Shown piece by piece: positions 8,743 through 18,143 of a DNA stretch of 64,000 nucleotides (position 1 is the stretch's first letter; every line of letters begins with the position of its first letter). This DNA is from a virus. The position numbers and the translations under genes were made by a program. The stretch covers positions 1 through 64,000 of the IMG/VR virus record IMGVR_UViG_3300047562_003246. One strand, written 5' to 3'. A model generated the notes under the pieces. The model did not search any database, was not told where the DNA came from, and was given only the letters and a program-made list of their open reading frames with translations.

Positions 8743-9219
8743 ATGATAGAAATCAGGAAGTCACCCACAGCCGATACTCGGACTTGCGACGTGACAAAGG
8801 TAGATAAGCAGCAATTGCTTAATTCGAGTCGACAACACATAGCTGACGTAGCGAAAGCAATGGCATTTTTCAGCACGAAGCTTTTTGAGGCAGCTGCGTG
8901 TCACGACTACGACAAGCTAACAGAGATTGATCACTTCTATTCGGACTTTAAAACAAAGTTCGAGAAGACAGGTTGGTGGGACAATCACAGAAAGATTCAC
9001 AGACATCATTTGCTGCAAGCTGACGGCGTACCAGAGGATGTGAACCTGCTGGATGTGCTCGAATTTATCGCCGACTGCGTGATGGCTGGTATGGCGCGTA
9101 GCGGCAGCGTTTATCCGCTAGACATATCTGATGAGTTGCTAAGAAAAGCGTTCAATAACACGGTTGAATGCCTCAAAGAACAAGTTATGATCTTGGAAGA
9201 ACCAGAGTCGATTACTTAA
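8743..9219 (+). CDS. DUF5662-like HD-fold protein
   Basis: HDYDK, HRKIHRHH, DVLEFIADC motifs; AGGA RBS. Confidence 0.6.
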   Translation: MIEIRKSPTADTRTCDVTKVDKQQLLNSSRQHIADVAKAMAFFSTKLFEAAACHDYDKLTEIDHFYSDFKTKFEKTGWWDNHRKIHRHHLLQADGVPEDVNLLDVLEFIADCVMAGMARSGSVYPLDISDELLRKAFNNTVECLKEQVMILEEPESIT

Positions 9220-9246
9220 ATCTGATTAACTGGTATTTTTTGTCTA

Positions 9247-9284
9247 AAGCTGGCCTGGGTAGTTGAAGCTATTCAGGCCAGCTT
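9247..9284. terminator. intergenic hairpin, probable terminator
   Basis: AAGCTGGCCTG/CAGGCCAGCTT 11-bp stem; weak T tract. Confidence 0.45.
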
Positions 9285-9324
9285 CGTTATGTATTAAGTT
9301 TACTACTGTAAAGCCACAAATAAC

Positions 9325-9600
9325 ATGAACAAGTTCGAACAAAACAATCAAAAATTTTACGACTGCGTCAAAGATCTCGACTCGTCGATTCATTTAGGTG
9401 GTTTCCCTGCTAGAGCAGTCGTCATCGAACGATCAGAAGGCGAATTCGAATTGTATAAAGCTAATCTAGACCCAACCAAAGCGATCAATTTGGTTAAGGC
9501 ACTAGCTAAGAATGAGACTGGAAATTGGATTCGCATTCACAGCGTGAATCAGAAAACAAAAACCAGAGTAGACACTACCCATAACAAAGTGTCACAATGA
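9325..9600 (+). CDS. hypothetical protein
   Basis: 91-aa ORF coupled to next gene. Confidence 0.65.
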   Translation: MNKFEQNNQKFYDCVKDLDSSIHLGGFPARAVVIERSEGEFELYKANLDPTKAINLVKALAKNETGNWIRIHSVNQKTKTRVDTTHNKVSQ

Positions 9601-9875
9601 CAATAGTCGTATTGATCGGTAATTCCGACAATAAACTTTCGCAGCAAGACTGGGCAAAGTATATCTGCGAAGTCAAAAAACTTGTTTCGATATACAGTCA
9701 AACGATATTTTTCAGCGGCGGATCGAGCTACGATGAACCGCGTCAAAATGCTTGTTTCGTATTTGATTGCGACGAGAGCACTGTCGAGGTTTTAAAAGAG
9801 CAGTTAGCAGTTGTCAGGGTTCAGTTCAACCAAGAAGCTGCGGCTGTTGTTACTGGCGTAACTAAATTTGTTTAA
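9597..9875 (+). CDS. hypothetical phage protein (IGNSDNKLSQ motif)
   Basis: ATGA overlap; stop inside GTTTAACGGT. Confidence 0.7.
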   Translation: MTIVVLIGNSDNKLSQQDWAKYICEVKKLVSIYSQTIFFSGGSSYDEPRQNACFVFDCDESTVEVLKEQLAVVRVQFNQEAAAVVTGVTKFV

Positions 9876-9887
9876 CGGTGTCTTCTC

Positions 9888-10142
9888 ATGACAAAAGAAA
9901 GAGTTTGGCTTAAAGACCATCAACAAAATGGCATCGGAAAGTCTGTGCATATTGTCGGTTGGGGCGATGGGCCGTTTTTTACTGTACGAGAGATAAAAGA
10001 TAATCAAGTTCATTTGTCGCGTAGAGATTCTAAAAAAGTAGTTAGGATCGTCGAGCTGAATAGGTGTTACTTCACTAAAAGACATGCTGCTTTTATTATT
10101 GCTGAGCAGCAATTTCAACAAAAGTCAAGGAAAAGTAAATAA
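9888..10142 (+). CDS. hypothetical protein
   Basis: 84-aa ORF in chain. Confidence 0.6.
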   Translation: MTKERVWLKDHQQNGIGKSVHIVGWGDGPFFTVREIKDNQVHLSRRDSKKVVRIVELNRCYFTKRHAAFIIAEQQFQQKSRKSK

Positions 10143-10144
10143 TC

Positions 10145-10711
10145 ATGCCACTGGAGTATATGAATCACTTAGCCAGGATTAAAGCTACCGAAGTAGACAC
10201 GGAGCAAGCAAAACAACTGGCCGAGAAAGCTCTGAGAATTTACAGCAATTATCCTGCCCATGTTGCTGTTAGAGCGCAGTCTCAACTACTGCGTAGCCTC
10301 GCAATACATGTTATCGAGCTTTCGAGTCAAATAAACGAGACTAAGCAGTCATTTACTACAAGCGATAAAGAACTCGAACTATCTGATTGGTTAAACAGTA
10401 TTGCTGCCGATATTATTTCCGGTCACTGTCAGGATAATGTTATTGCGCATTTGCAGAAGCATGTACATGAACCTCTCGGTGAGGGCGAGCCCTGTAAGAA
10501 TCTCAAAGAGTGGATGGCATCGCTAGTTAATTTAGTGGAGATCGCTAAACGGGTTTTTGGAATCTATCCAGACGTAGAAGACCAACTAGAAAGATTACAG
10601 CGTAAGTTTGAGAAGGAAGGTGTTGAAAACGGTTACACGCCAAATCCAAGGAGTGCGATTAAAACTGATGAGCAAGAAAACAAACAAAACCGAAAACAAA
10701 CAGACCACTGA
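10145..10711 (+). CDS. hypothetical protein
   Basis: 188-aa ORF in chain. Confidence 0.65.
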   Translation: MPLEYMNHLARIKATEVDTEQAKQLAEKALRIYSNYPAHVAVRAQSQLLRSLAIHVIELSSQINETKQSFTTSDKELELSDWLNSIAADIISGHCQDNVIAHLQKHVHEPLGEGEPCKNLKEWMASLVNLVEIAKRVFGIYPDVEDQLERLQRKFEKEGVENGYTPNPRSAIKTDEQENKQNRKQTDH

Positions 10712-11216
10712 AATAAACCAGCAAGCGTTGCACGCTGCTTGTGAAGCAATGCAGTCTGTGCAGTTAAAGATTGCTGCGTTACAAGACAGAAAAACAATTA
10801 CTTTTGCTCAAGACGTAGATGAGCTAGAAACTATTCGGCATCAAGTTGCGCAAGTAGCCGCTCAGTTTATTATTGCAGCTAAACCACCAGTTGAACCTAA
10901 ACCGCCCCGTAGTATCACTAAAGCTGTAGCCAGACATCATGAAAACCAGTTTGGCCGATTAGGTTGGATGCGGCTTGTAGCTAAACTCACAGAAGAAATT
11001 GGTGAGTTTGCAGGCGCAGTTAATCGAGACATTGAACGTCGAGACGGTAGGTCTTGGCGCGAGGAAGCGTTTCAAGAGCTGCAAGATGTGCTGACTATTC
11101 TGCACGTAGTGGCTAATCGTATGGGCGATGACTTGAATGTTATCTCTTCTCAAGCCGGTGAACGTTTCTTGGAACGGCAGTTTCCAAACGTCACCAAAGC
11201 GGATCACTTATTTTAG
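10668..11216 (+). CDS. mazG: MazG-like NTP pyrophosphohydrolase
   Basis: KLTEEIGEFA...EELQDV-type ExxE...ExxD helical motif; ATG 10668 likelier than track start 10608. Confidence 0.75.
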   Translation: MSKKTNKTENKQTTEINQQALHAACEAMQSVQLKIAALQDRKTITFAQDVDELETIRHQVAQVAAQFIIAAKPPVEPKPPRSITKAVARHHENQFGRLGWMRLVAKLTEEIGEFAGAVNRDIERRDGRSWREEAFQELQDVLTILHVVANRMGDDLNVISSQAGERFLERQFPNVTKADHLF

Positions 11217-11230
11217 GCACAAAATCAGCG

Positions 11231-11437
11231 ATGAAAGACAGCGAAATCAGAGCTAGGCTCATCGAGCAAGGCGTCAAGAACTTGAAGGAATTTGGTTACC
11301 CAAACTGTACTTCAAGCAATATCTTGACTGACGGTATTTACAAAGAGTTCTTTTTGTCGATGCTCAAGGACAACAAGGGACACAACTCGCAGATTGACAA
11401 AGTGATCGATCAGCTTATCGCTGATATCGAGAAATAG
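11231..11437 (+). CDS. hypothetical phage protein
   Basis: 68 aa; last base of TAG is first base of the 14-bp motif. Confidence 0.7.
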   Translation: MKDSEIRARLIEQGVKNLKEFGYPNCTSSNILTDGIYKEFFLSMLKDNKGHNSQIDKVIDQLIADIEK

Positions 11438-11450
11438 CGCAGGATCCTAC
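11437..11450 (+). repeat. dispersed 14-bp motif, copy 3 (overlaps stop codon)
   Basis: exact match. Confidence 0.95.
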
Positions 11451-11470
11451 GATCGCTGCTTTGAGGCTAC

Positions 11471-11506
11471 AACCTGTGTCGCGTAAAAGTGACACAGGTT
11501 TTTTAT
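11471..11506 (+). terminator. intrinsic terminator
   Basis: AACCTGTGTC/GACACAGGTT stem plus T tract. Confidence 0.8.
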
Positions 11507-11537
11507 TTGTAAACTACTAACCAATGGAAAAAATCAA

Positions 11538-12257
11538 ATGAAAACCTTATTCTTACTCGGAGCAGGCATCAGCACGGCTGCAGGTATTCCGGACTATACA
11601 AACGTCGAAGTACGTCTAGATATTCAAGACTTGTTGAGATTACGAGTCAAGCGGGTTTGTAAGTGGGCAGTGCAGCATCAATCGATACTTAACGCGGTTG
11701 GTAACGCAAAGCCTACCGAAGCTCACAAAGCTGTTCATAGTTATGTACGACAACAGAGACATCGCGGTATTCCAGCTATGGTTATTACGCAGAATGTCGA
11801 CGGTTTAGATGCGGAGCTATTTGTTGAAAAGGATCAACATGACGAAAAGATTCCCATGATTGCGCAAGCTCACGGTAGTCTTCTTCGAACGCAGACTGGC
11901 TTTTTTGGTTGTCAAACAGTTCGCAGGAACCAGCTTCGTGCTTTTGGCGATAGTCTTGTACCAGCCTATTTACAGACTTATGGGTTTGGGTATCCGGATG
12001 TTGTACTGCTCGGGATGTCTGTGCGATTGCCTGGACAGATCGAACAGCTTGCAAGCATTTTTGATGAATGTTTGTGCGTGGGTACGACGCTGACTATTCA
12101 GTGGACAAACCAATTGGTTGCTGCTTTTAATCAAGCGCAGAAGCCGGTCTACCTGTTCAGTCGTACAATCGACGATATACGGTACCCCACCGATAAACTA
12201 GAATGGGTCGAAGGTGATATTCAATCTACGATCCCAGACTGGCTAGGTGTCAAGTGA
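11538..12257 (+). CDS. Sir2/sirtuin-family NAD-dependent deacylase
   Basis: GAGISTAAGIPDY, TQNVDG, HGSL (catalytic His), PDVVLLG, VGTTL; Zn-binding Cys largely absent. Confidence 0.88.
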   Translation: MKTLFLLGAGISTAAGIPDYTNVEVRLDIQDLLRLRVKRVCKWAVQHQSILNAVGNAKPTEAHKAVHSYVRQQRHRGIPAMVITQNVDGLDAELFVEKDQHDEKIPMIAQAHGSLLRTQTGFFGCQTVRRNQLRAFGDSLVPAYLQTYGFGYPDVVLLGMSVRLPGQIEQLASIFDECLCVGTTLTIQWTNQLVAAFNQAQKPVYLFSRTIDDIRYPTDKLEWVEGDIQSTIPDWLGVK

Positions 12258-14356
12258 TCTTCCTCGAAAAGCAGGCTATTGGTGCCGGTACTCGCTATTT
12301 TGCAAGACTGCTGGAGCAAAACGTTGGTAGGAGGTTAGATCCTCGCGAACTACGAACGCTTCAGCGGTTTTTGGGTAATAGACAACTGGACCAAGGTAAT
12401 GATTTTTTGCGATTGCGTACGTTACGACGCATGATGCAAAATGGCCTGCTTCCAGGTAATCCAGATACACTGCCGTCGAATCTTTTTGAAAGAGTTCTTG
12501 GCGGCAGACAACGATCTCAACCTGTACAGCGATTGCTTGGACGGGAAAGTGATTTTGATGTACTGCGGCAAACTGGTTTGGATCAGCGACAACAAGCGAT
12601 AGATAATTTGCAGCAAAGACTTGCTGCACAGCGAGCAGCGGTTACACCGATTACACCTTCAAGTAGCGTAGATATTCCTGTCGAGCCGCGAGGAAGGAGT
12701 ACGCAAAGAGGTGCTGTCTTAGAACCTCCCAGTATTCAAGGTCAACCGTTGTCTCCAGACGAGACGTTGTTTGGCTCGGAAGCGAAACCAACTGGCCCAT
12801 ACGGTTCCGATCAAGATATTTTAGACAACTATCAACCGCCGCAAGTGAAACCATCGTTGTTTTCACTTAAAGATATACTTGGGTCGATCAAACGTAATCC
12901 AAAATCAACGGCTGCTATTGTGGGTTCCGGCGCTACCGGAGCTGGTATAGGGTTTTTCAACGACGGTAACACTATACCGCCAATTACAGAAGATTCTCCG
13001 TTCAGATCTATTATGGAGAAACTTAGGTCAAGTCCTTTAGCTGACATTGGCACAAATATTCACAACAAGTTTCAGCAGCTTACGCCGAATCAAAGAATGC
13101 TTCTTGGGGCCGTGAGCAGTAGCGTCGGTACTGCTGCTTTGATGTCAATGCTAAATAAAAACTCAGCAAGTGCAGATGATATTACAGTAGATGATGTGCG
13201 AGACGCTGCTTTGACCGGTTCTGGTACCGCACTAGGTTTAGCTTCTGGATTATCTGCGGGTGCGCCGATTTCGGATTTGCGAAAGACCTATCTTGATTAC
13301 AAAGAAGCTAAAAATCTAAAAGGATTTGGCTTTGATGATTACTCTCCCAGAGTCGGTGATATTTTTTTGACAGACGATGTGAGTGTTATTGATGGAATAG
13401 CTGATGCGAAACTGAAGGGCATAAAAAACAGCATGCCGTGGTTGTCTTTTTTACAAGGCTCACCAGGACAAACGCATGCTTCAATGATTGTCGAAGGATT
13501 AGATGGTAAGCCTGCTGAGTTTGTGCCTGGTTTTGCAGCCACAAGCGAATTGAGTTACCGACCAATAAATAGTCGCGTTATTTCTCCAGTAACATTCGCA
13601 GCACTTAAATCCGGATTAGGGCTGGATCAATTCAAAGTAACCAGAAGTTTAATGCAAAGGCGTAACAAAGGTCTAAACTTAGATGTTTTACGTCAGGCTT
13701 TGTCTAATCCCAGAAACAGCATTCAGCTATTACGAGAAGCTATAAATCAAGATATTGAGACTTACGGAAAGGTTAAAGAATTTGTTGATCGTATTGAAGG
13801 TCCAAATCATCGTCCTACGGCGGGCGCTTTACGTCACGGAATAAATAAGGCCCTACAAGGCGATGTAGACTATACGGTCAAACAGCTCAAAAATCCTGCC
13901 TACACGTCGTTTGTGTATAGACCTATTGAAGAATTATCTGATCAAGATCTTGCGCAAATGAGAAAGAACATGTCGAACGCTGTAGGTACTTCTATTAGTA
14001 CGTTACGCATGCCGGTTACGTTCTTGAGAAATATACTTGGGTTGTCGTCGGATAAAAACAATCCAGCAGTTTGTGCAGGTGGTATATGTCGCGTAATGGA
14101 CGGTGTGCGGGATATGCCAGCTTCAGATAATGCATTGCCGAAAGATCTTAGACATCTTCCTGGATACGAGTTAATTGCTCGTTCCGATTTGCCTGCCAAC
14201 TACAGAAAAGCACTGTTACGTAGTGGTCTAACTATGGCCGCAATGCGATCTGCTAAACCGCTAGCGTTAGCTGGCTCTGCTGCTGGTCTTATTGGTCTTG
14301 GTATGAGAAGCGATAAGCCTGACGTTAAAGAAATTGTCAGAAAGCTGCGAGAGTAA
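12254..14356 (+). CDS. large probable virion protein with KQA leader and possible permuted papain-like (NlpC/P60) domain
   Basis: MIFLEKQA N-terminus; hydrophobic Gly/Ala segments; VGDIFLT...THASMI...VCAGGI. Confidence 0.55.
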   Translation: MIFLEKQAIGAGTRYFARLLEQNVGRRLDPRELRTLQRFLGNRQLDQGNDFLRLRTLRRMMQNGLLPGNPDTLPSNLFERVLGGRQRSQPVQRLLGRESDFDVLRQTGLDQRQQAIDNLQQRLAAQRAAVTPITPSSSVDIPVEPRGRSTQRGAVLEPPSIQGQPLSPDETLFGSEAKPTGPYGSDQDILDNYQPPQVKPSLFSLKDILGSIKRNPKSTAAIVGSGATGAGIGFFNDGNTIPPITEDSPFRSIMEKLRSSPLADIGTNIHNKFQQLTPNQRMLLGAVSSSVGTAALMSMLNKNSASADDITVDDVRDAALTGSGTALGLASGLSAGAPISDLRKTYLDYKEAKNLKGFGFDDYSPRVGDIFLTDDVSVIDGIADAKLKGIKNSMPWLSFLQGSPGQTHASMIVEGLDGKPAEFVPGFAATSELSYRPINSRVISPVTFAALKSGLGLDQFKVTRSLMQRRNKGLNLDVLRQALSNPRNSIQLLREAINQDIETYGKVKEFVDRIEGPNHRPTAGALRHGINKALQGDVDYTVKQLKNPAYTSFVYRPIEELSDQDLAQMRKNMSNAVGTSISTLRMPVTFLRNILGLSSDKNNPAVCAGGICRVMDGVRDMPASDNALPKDLRHLPGYELIARSDLPANYRKALLRSGLTMAAMRSAKPLALAGSAAGLIGLGMRSDKPDVKEIVRKLRE

Positions 14357-14375
14357 TCCTTATTTGTAGCTGCCA

Positions 14376-17087
14376 ATGATGTCTATCGATTACCAATCTA
14401 TCGCACACCGTTTGTCGAAGCAAGCTGGTTCTCTGCTTAGAACCATTCTTGTTAGCGGACATAGTGGTTCAGGTAAGTCAACGCTAGCCGAGCGACTGGC
14501 GACTAGGCTACAGCAGCCGCTTGTTTCGCTTGATAAACACCCTGCTTGGCACGATCTGTTCCGTTCAGACCCAGAAAGCTTGCACCTTATCAAAGGAACT
14601 CCTGAGCGTAAAAACTTCTTAGCTATTCGAAAAATGATAGCTAATGACGCACTAAGTGGACTTAAAGAACCTACGATTGTTGAAGGCACTCAGTTAGTTG
14701 GTTTGCCTTTCAAAGACCTTGCTCGTTTTGCAAGGGTTTATGTTTCTACGCCTTTACGTCAGTTACTTGATCAAAGGATAGCTAGGGTTGAGGCAAAAGC
14801 TTTAGCAAAACAAAAACCATGGGACGAAAGTATCCGTCAGCGTCGTTACGACATGGGAAGACGTATATACAACGACAATTACAGGAGCATGCTTAAGTTC
14901 AAAAACATGCCCGGTACTTTACATTATCGTACTCGCGAAGACTCGCCGGAGGATGTTATTAACTTGCTGCAAAAACAAAGCAGTGAGTATGTGTTTAGTC
15001 GAGTAGATGACCCAGGTGATGGAACTAAGCAGGACTTACGCAAGCGGTTTGACGTTCATCTAGATAACAAGAACGTAGCGTACCTTGTTTATCGCCCAGA
15101 GTCATTCGAGAAAGACGGACCATTCTTATCCGGGCTGTACGTGTCACCAGAACATAGACGGCAAGGATTAGCTAAAAAACTTGTGACTATGCTTGAACGA
15201 GAGCATAAAGGCGAGACTATTAGGTTACTTGCTAATCCGTACAAAGACAAAAATCTGTCGACTCAGGATTTAGTTGCGATGTACAAACATCTTGGTTTTG
15301 ATTCAGACAACAAACGTCAGCCTGCTCGAATGAGTAAAAAAGCTGATGTTGATTTACTGACTGCATTAAAATCAAGAGGTATTGACCTTACTGACCCTGC
15401 GCAGGATCCTACAAAAAAAGGAATCTTTGGACAGCTCAGGCGATCGTTTGCTGAGCGATTCAAGCCTATCTCTAATCCGGCCAACATTTCGACAGTATTA
15501 CCAGAACTTGGAAAACCAGCGAGACATTTTATGAGCAATCCACGTTACAGCACTGACTTGGGCCTACATAACAAGCCGAGCTTGTTTACACAGTTTAAGC
15601 AAGCGAACGATCCGTTTGTTCTTGCCAACAGGAGAGAAATACTACCAACACTGGCAGGCCCCAGATACTCTTTTCCTGTAACTAACGATCCAGCTGAGCA
15701 AGAGTTTATGGGTATAGATACTAACCAACCCGTAGACCGCTATGACTATAGGCAATGGGGTAAAACTAACATACCTACAAGACCTGAGCCGTTTGATTCA
15801 TTTATTGACCCTCTAGGAACCGGCCTGCAACGATCTAAGCGAAATGGACGATATGTCGGTAGGCTCCACGATAATGCAAGATTGTTTTGGGAGAAAGATC
15901 TTAATGAGCTGGCAGCTAATATCAACAATTCTCCAGCATCTGTAAACAGCAATTTAGCCGGAATGCCTGTTTATTCTCCACTATCACCAGCTGACTTATC
16001 TCGTAACAATCAAGCAGCCCAACAAGAATTCGGTTCTGGAGTTAATTACCAGAATCAAACAGGAGTTGACAATTTTGATATTACTGACGCAGATGTGTGG
16101 GCTACCAAGCAGCGTCGTTTTTTCGATCCTGATAACCTATTACGTAGTAATCCTGCTCAAGAAGATCGAAATTATTTTTTTGGTCGCGCATTTTCCCAGG
16201 AAGATATAGACAAGGAAACAAGAAGTCGAATTGTTCACAGCATGCCTAGTGTGTATTCACCGCAAAGACCTACGCAAGCTGCTCCCAGTCGTTCCTTGAC
16301 AGAAAACACCCCAGCAACTACGACACCTGTTAGATCAACGACAACCGCAACCCGGCCAACTGTAACTCGATCGACTGCGTCAACGCAATCGTCATCGCCG
16401 CAAGTAAATACAACTACTACTTCTAGTTCTTTGCCGAAATTTACTCCACCATCCAGAACAAATACACCGGTATCGGCTTCAAGTTCACGTAATTTAGCTG
16501 GACCTGCTGTAGCTACAGCGAACTCAGTATCACCAAAAACAACCAGACAAAACGCCATTATTAATACCGTCAGAAATCCTACGACTTACAACGGCATCAG
16601 AGTTAATAATCAAGCCGCTGCGAGAAACAAATCACTCGGACAAACTGATCGGCAAGAACTAGCCAACGCCGGTTTTGGTGTAACTCCAGGCGGAGTAATT
16701 CAACGTACAAATACAAGACGTAGCGTCGGAGGTGGAACGTTCGGCGTAGGTGCAACACCATCACCAGGACAGTCTGGCGAACAAGCATTAAGAACAACAA
16801 CCGGCATACCAACAAGCTCTGTGATTAATCCGCAGAATGTTGTTGCTGGTCGGTCAAGATATGGTCTTGCCGCAGATGGTACATCAAGAATGCCAGCAGG
16901 TCGTCGTGGAATGATCATGGCTAGGACTGATATAAGCGACGAGCAAAAGCAAATGTATTTAAACAAACTAGACGCTTACGAGGCTAGCAAAGGTAGAAAC
17001 AGGTTTATACAAAAACAGTCAGCCGTAATAACACAATATACTTCTGATTTGCTGTATGCTTGGAAAAAGTTAATTGCGCGTAGATAA
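14376..17087 (+). CDS. multidomain protein: P-loop kinase + GNAT acetyltransferase + unknown domain + Ser/Thr-rich region
   Basis: GHSGSGKST Walker A; LSGLYVSPEHRRQGLAKKL (GNAT motif A) and MYKHLGF; KQA/KQS/KKA at domain junctions. Confidence 0.75.
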   Translation: MMSIDYQSIAHRLSKQAGSLLRTILVSGHSGSGKSTLAERLATRLQQPLVSLDKHPAWHDLFRSDPESLHLIKGTPERKNFLAIRKMIANDALSGLKEPTIVEGTQLVGLPFKDLARFARVYVSTPLRQLLDQRIARVEAKALAKQKPWDESIRQRRYDMGRRIYNDNYRSMLKFKNMPGTLHYRTREDSPEDVINLLQKQSSEYVFSRVDDPGDGTKQDLRKRFDVHLDNKNVAYLVYRPESFEKDGPFLSGLYVSPEHRRQGLAKKLVTMLEREHKGETIRLLANPYKDKNLSTQDLVAMYKHLGFDSDNKRQPARMSKKADVDLLTALKSRGIDLTDPAQDPTKKGIFGQLRRSFAERFKPISNPANISTVLPELGKPARHFMSNPRYSTDLGLHNKPSLFTQFKQANDPFVLANRREILPTLAGPRYSFPVTNDPAEQEFMGIDTNQPVDRYDYRQWGKTNIPTRPEPFDSFIDPLGTGLQRSKRNGRYVGRLHDNARLFWEKDLNELAANINNSPASVNSNLAGMPVYSPLSPADLSRNNQAAQQEFGSGVNYQNQTGVDNFDITDADVWATKQRRFFDPDNLLRSNPAQEDRNYFFGRAFSQEDIDKETRSRIVHSMPSVYSPQRPTQAAPSRSLTENTPATTTPVRSTTTATRPTVTRSTASTQSSSPQVNTTTTSSSLPKFTPPSRTNTPVSASSSRNLAGPAVATANSVSPKTTRQNAIINTVRNPTTYNGIRVNNQAAARNKSLGQTDRQELANAGFGVTPGGVIQRTNTRRSVGGGTFGVGATPSPGQSGEQALRTTTGIPTSSVINPQNVVAGRSRYGLAADGTSRMPAGRRGMIMARTDISDEQKQMYLNKLDAYEASKGRNRFIQKQSAVITQYTSDLLYAWKKLIARR
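15399..15412 (+). repeat. dispersed 14-bp motif, copy 4 (coding, reads AQDPT)
   Basis: exact match. Confidence 0.95.
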
Positions 17088-17101
17088 ATTACGGTATTTG
17101 T

Positions 17102-18109
17102 ATGTTTGATCATCGACGGTTTTCATTATGGCTGCAAAAACAAGCTATCGGCGCTAGATCTTTACGCGCCGCTAAAAGTTTGGCAAGACTTAATGAGAAC
17201 GTGTCGGGTAACACTGCAGCCGTTAAAGAGTTAGCCAGACGTATAGGCAAAGCTAAGTCAGACACTGGTTATCTTCGACAGATATCTCAAAGACGTTTAC
17301 CACATATTGACGCTATTTTGCCTGAAAGTGGAAAATCCACTTACCTGTCTACTCCATCAAGTACGGCTAGATCCCGATCTTTGACACTGAAATACAGGTA
17401 TCAACAGTACTTGGGTAGTTTAGCTAAAAGAAACCCAGGAATATTTTCGCAGCAAGATTGGGATAAATTCAATATAGAAGATAACTTGCCCAGGGTACAA
17501 ACCCCTGAATTTACACAAAGGATAGCTCGTTATGCAGATAGAAAAGAGAAGCGTATATGGGATCGAGTGAAACAGGATCCTGCGCTTATGGAACTTTATA
17601 GACGAAAAAAGTTAGTTGATACCGCTAAAAAAGACATGTACGTTGGGGCTTACGTAGATAGGTCAAGAAGTAATATCAAACCAGTAGATCTTCCTACTGG
17701 GGATAATATGAGATATAAGGGTTTGTTAGAGTTTCCAGCAACACCGCAAAATGAACCGATCTGGTATTCACCTCGACCTGACGTAGCTGAAGGATATAGT
17801 CGTGGCACAGGTGTTGTTGCTGCGACAGATGAAAACACATTGAGAAAATTTGGACCACTTGGCCCTGTAACATCGCATATTAGTACCGATAATAGACTTT
17901 TGCCCGTTAAAAAGACAGGATTTATGGCTAGATTTTTATCAAGGTTCAAAAAACCAAAACCAACTTCACCTGGATTTGAGCAGGTAGCTACTATGCCTCC
18001 GTTGCAACAATGGGCGGATAATCATACGTTCTTTGCAAAAATGCCAGATAATAAATTTAGACAAATGTCGGGTCGCGGTCTGCTTGGGAAAGAAGTAAGC
18101 GATGGTTAG
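17102..18109 (+). CDS. KQA-leader protein with possible ADP-ribosyltransferase-like domain
   Basis: LWLQKQAIGA leader; RYKG...WYSPRPDVAEGY...FEQV resembles R-S-E ART motifs. Confidence 0.4.
   Translation: MFDHRRFSLWLQKQAIGARSLRAAKSLARLNENVSGNTAAVKELARRIGKAKSDTGYLRQISQRRLPHIDAILPESGKSTYLSTPSSTARSRSLTLKYRYQQYLGSLAKRNPGIFSQQDWDKFNIEDNLPRVQTPEFTQRIARYADRKEKRIWDRVKQDPALMELYRRKKLVDTAKKDMYVGAYVDRSRSNIKPVDLPTGDNMRYKGLLEFPATPQNEPIWYSPRPDVAEGYSRGTGVVAATDENTLRKFGPLGPVTSHISTDNRLLPVKKTGFMARFLSRFKKPKPTSPGFEQVATMPPLQQWADNHTFFAKMPDNKFRQMSGRGLLGKEVSDG
17572..17585 (-). repeat. variant of 14-bp motif (12/14)
   Basis: ACAGGATCCTGCGC on + strand, coding (KQDPAL). Confidence 0.6.
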
Positions 18110-18114
18110 TAGTT

Positions 18115-18143
18115 TTGACACATAACTCGAAACACACTAAGCT
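18115..18143 (+). promoter_or_regulatory. sigma70-like promoter candidate
   Basis: TTGACA-17 nt-TAAGCT; overlaps 5' arm of terminator. Confidence 0.45.
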
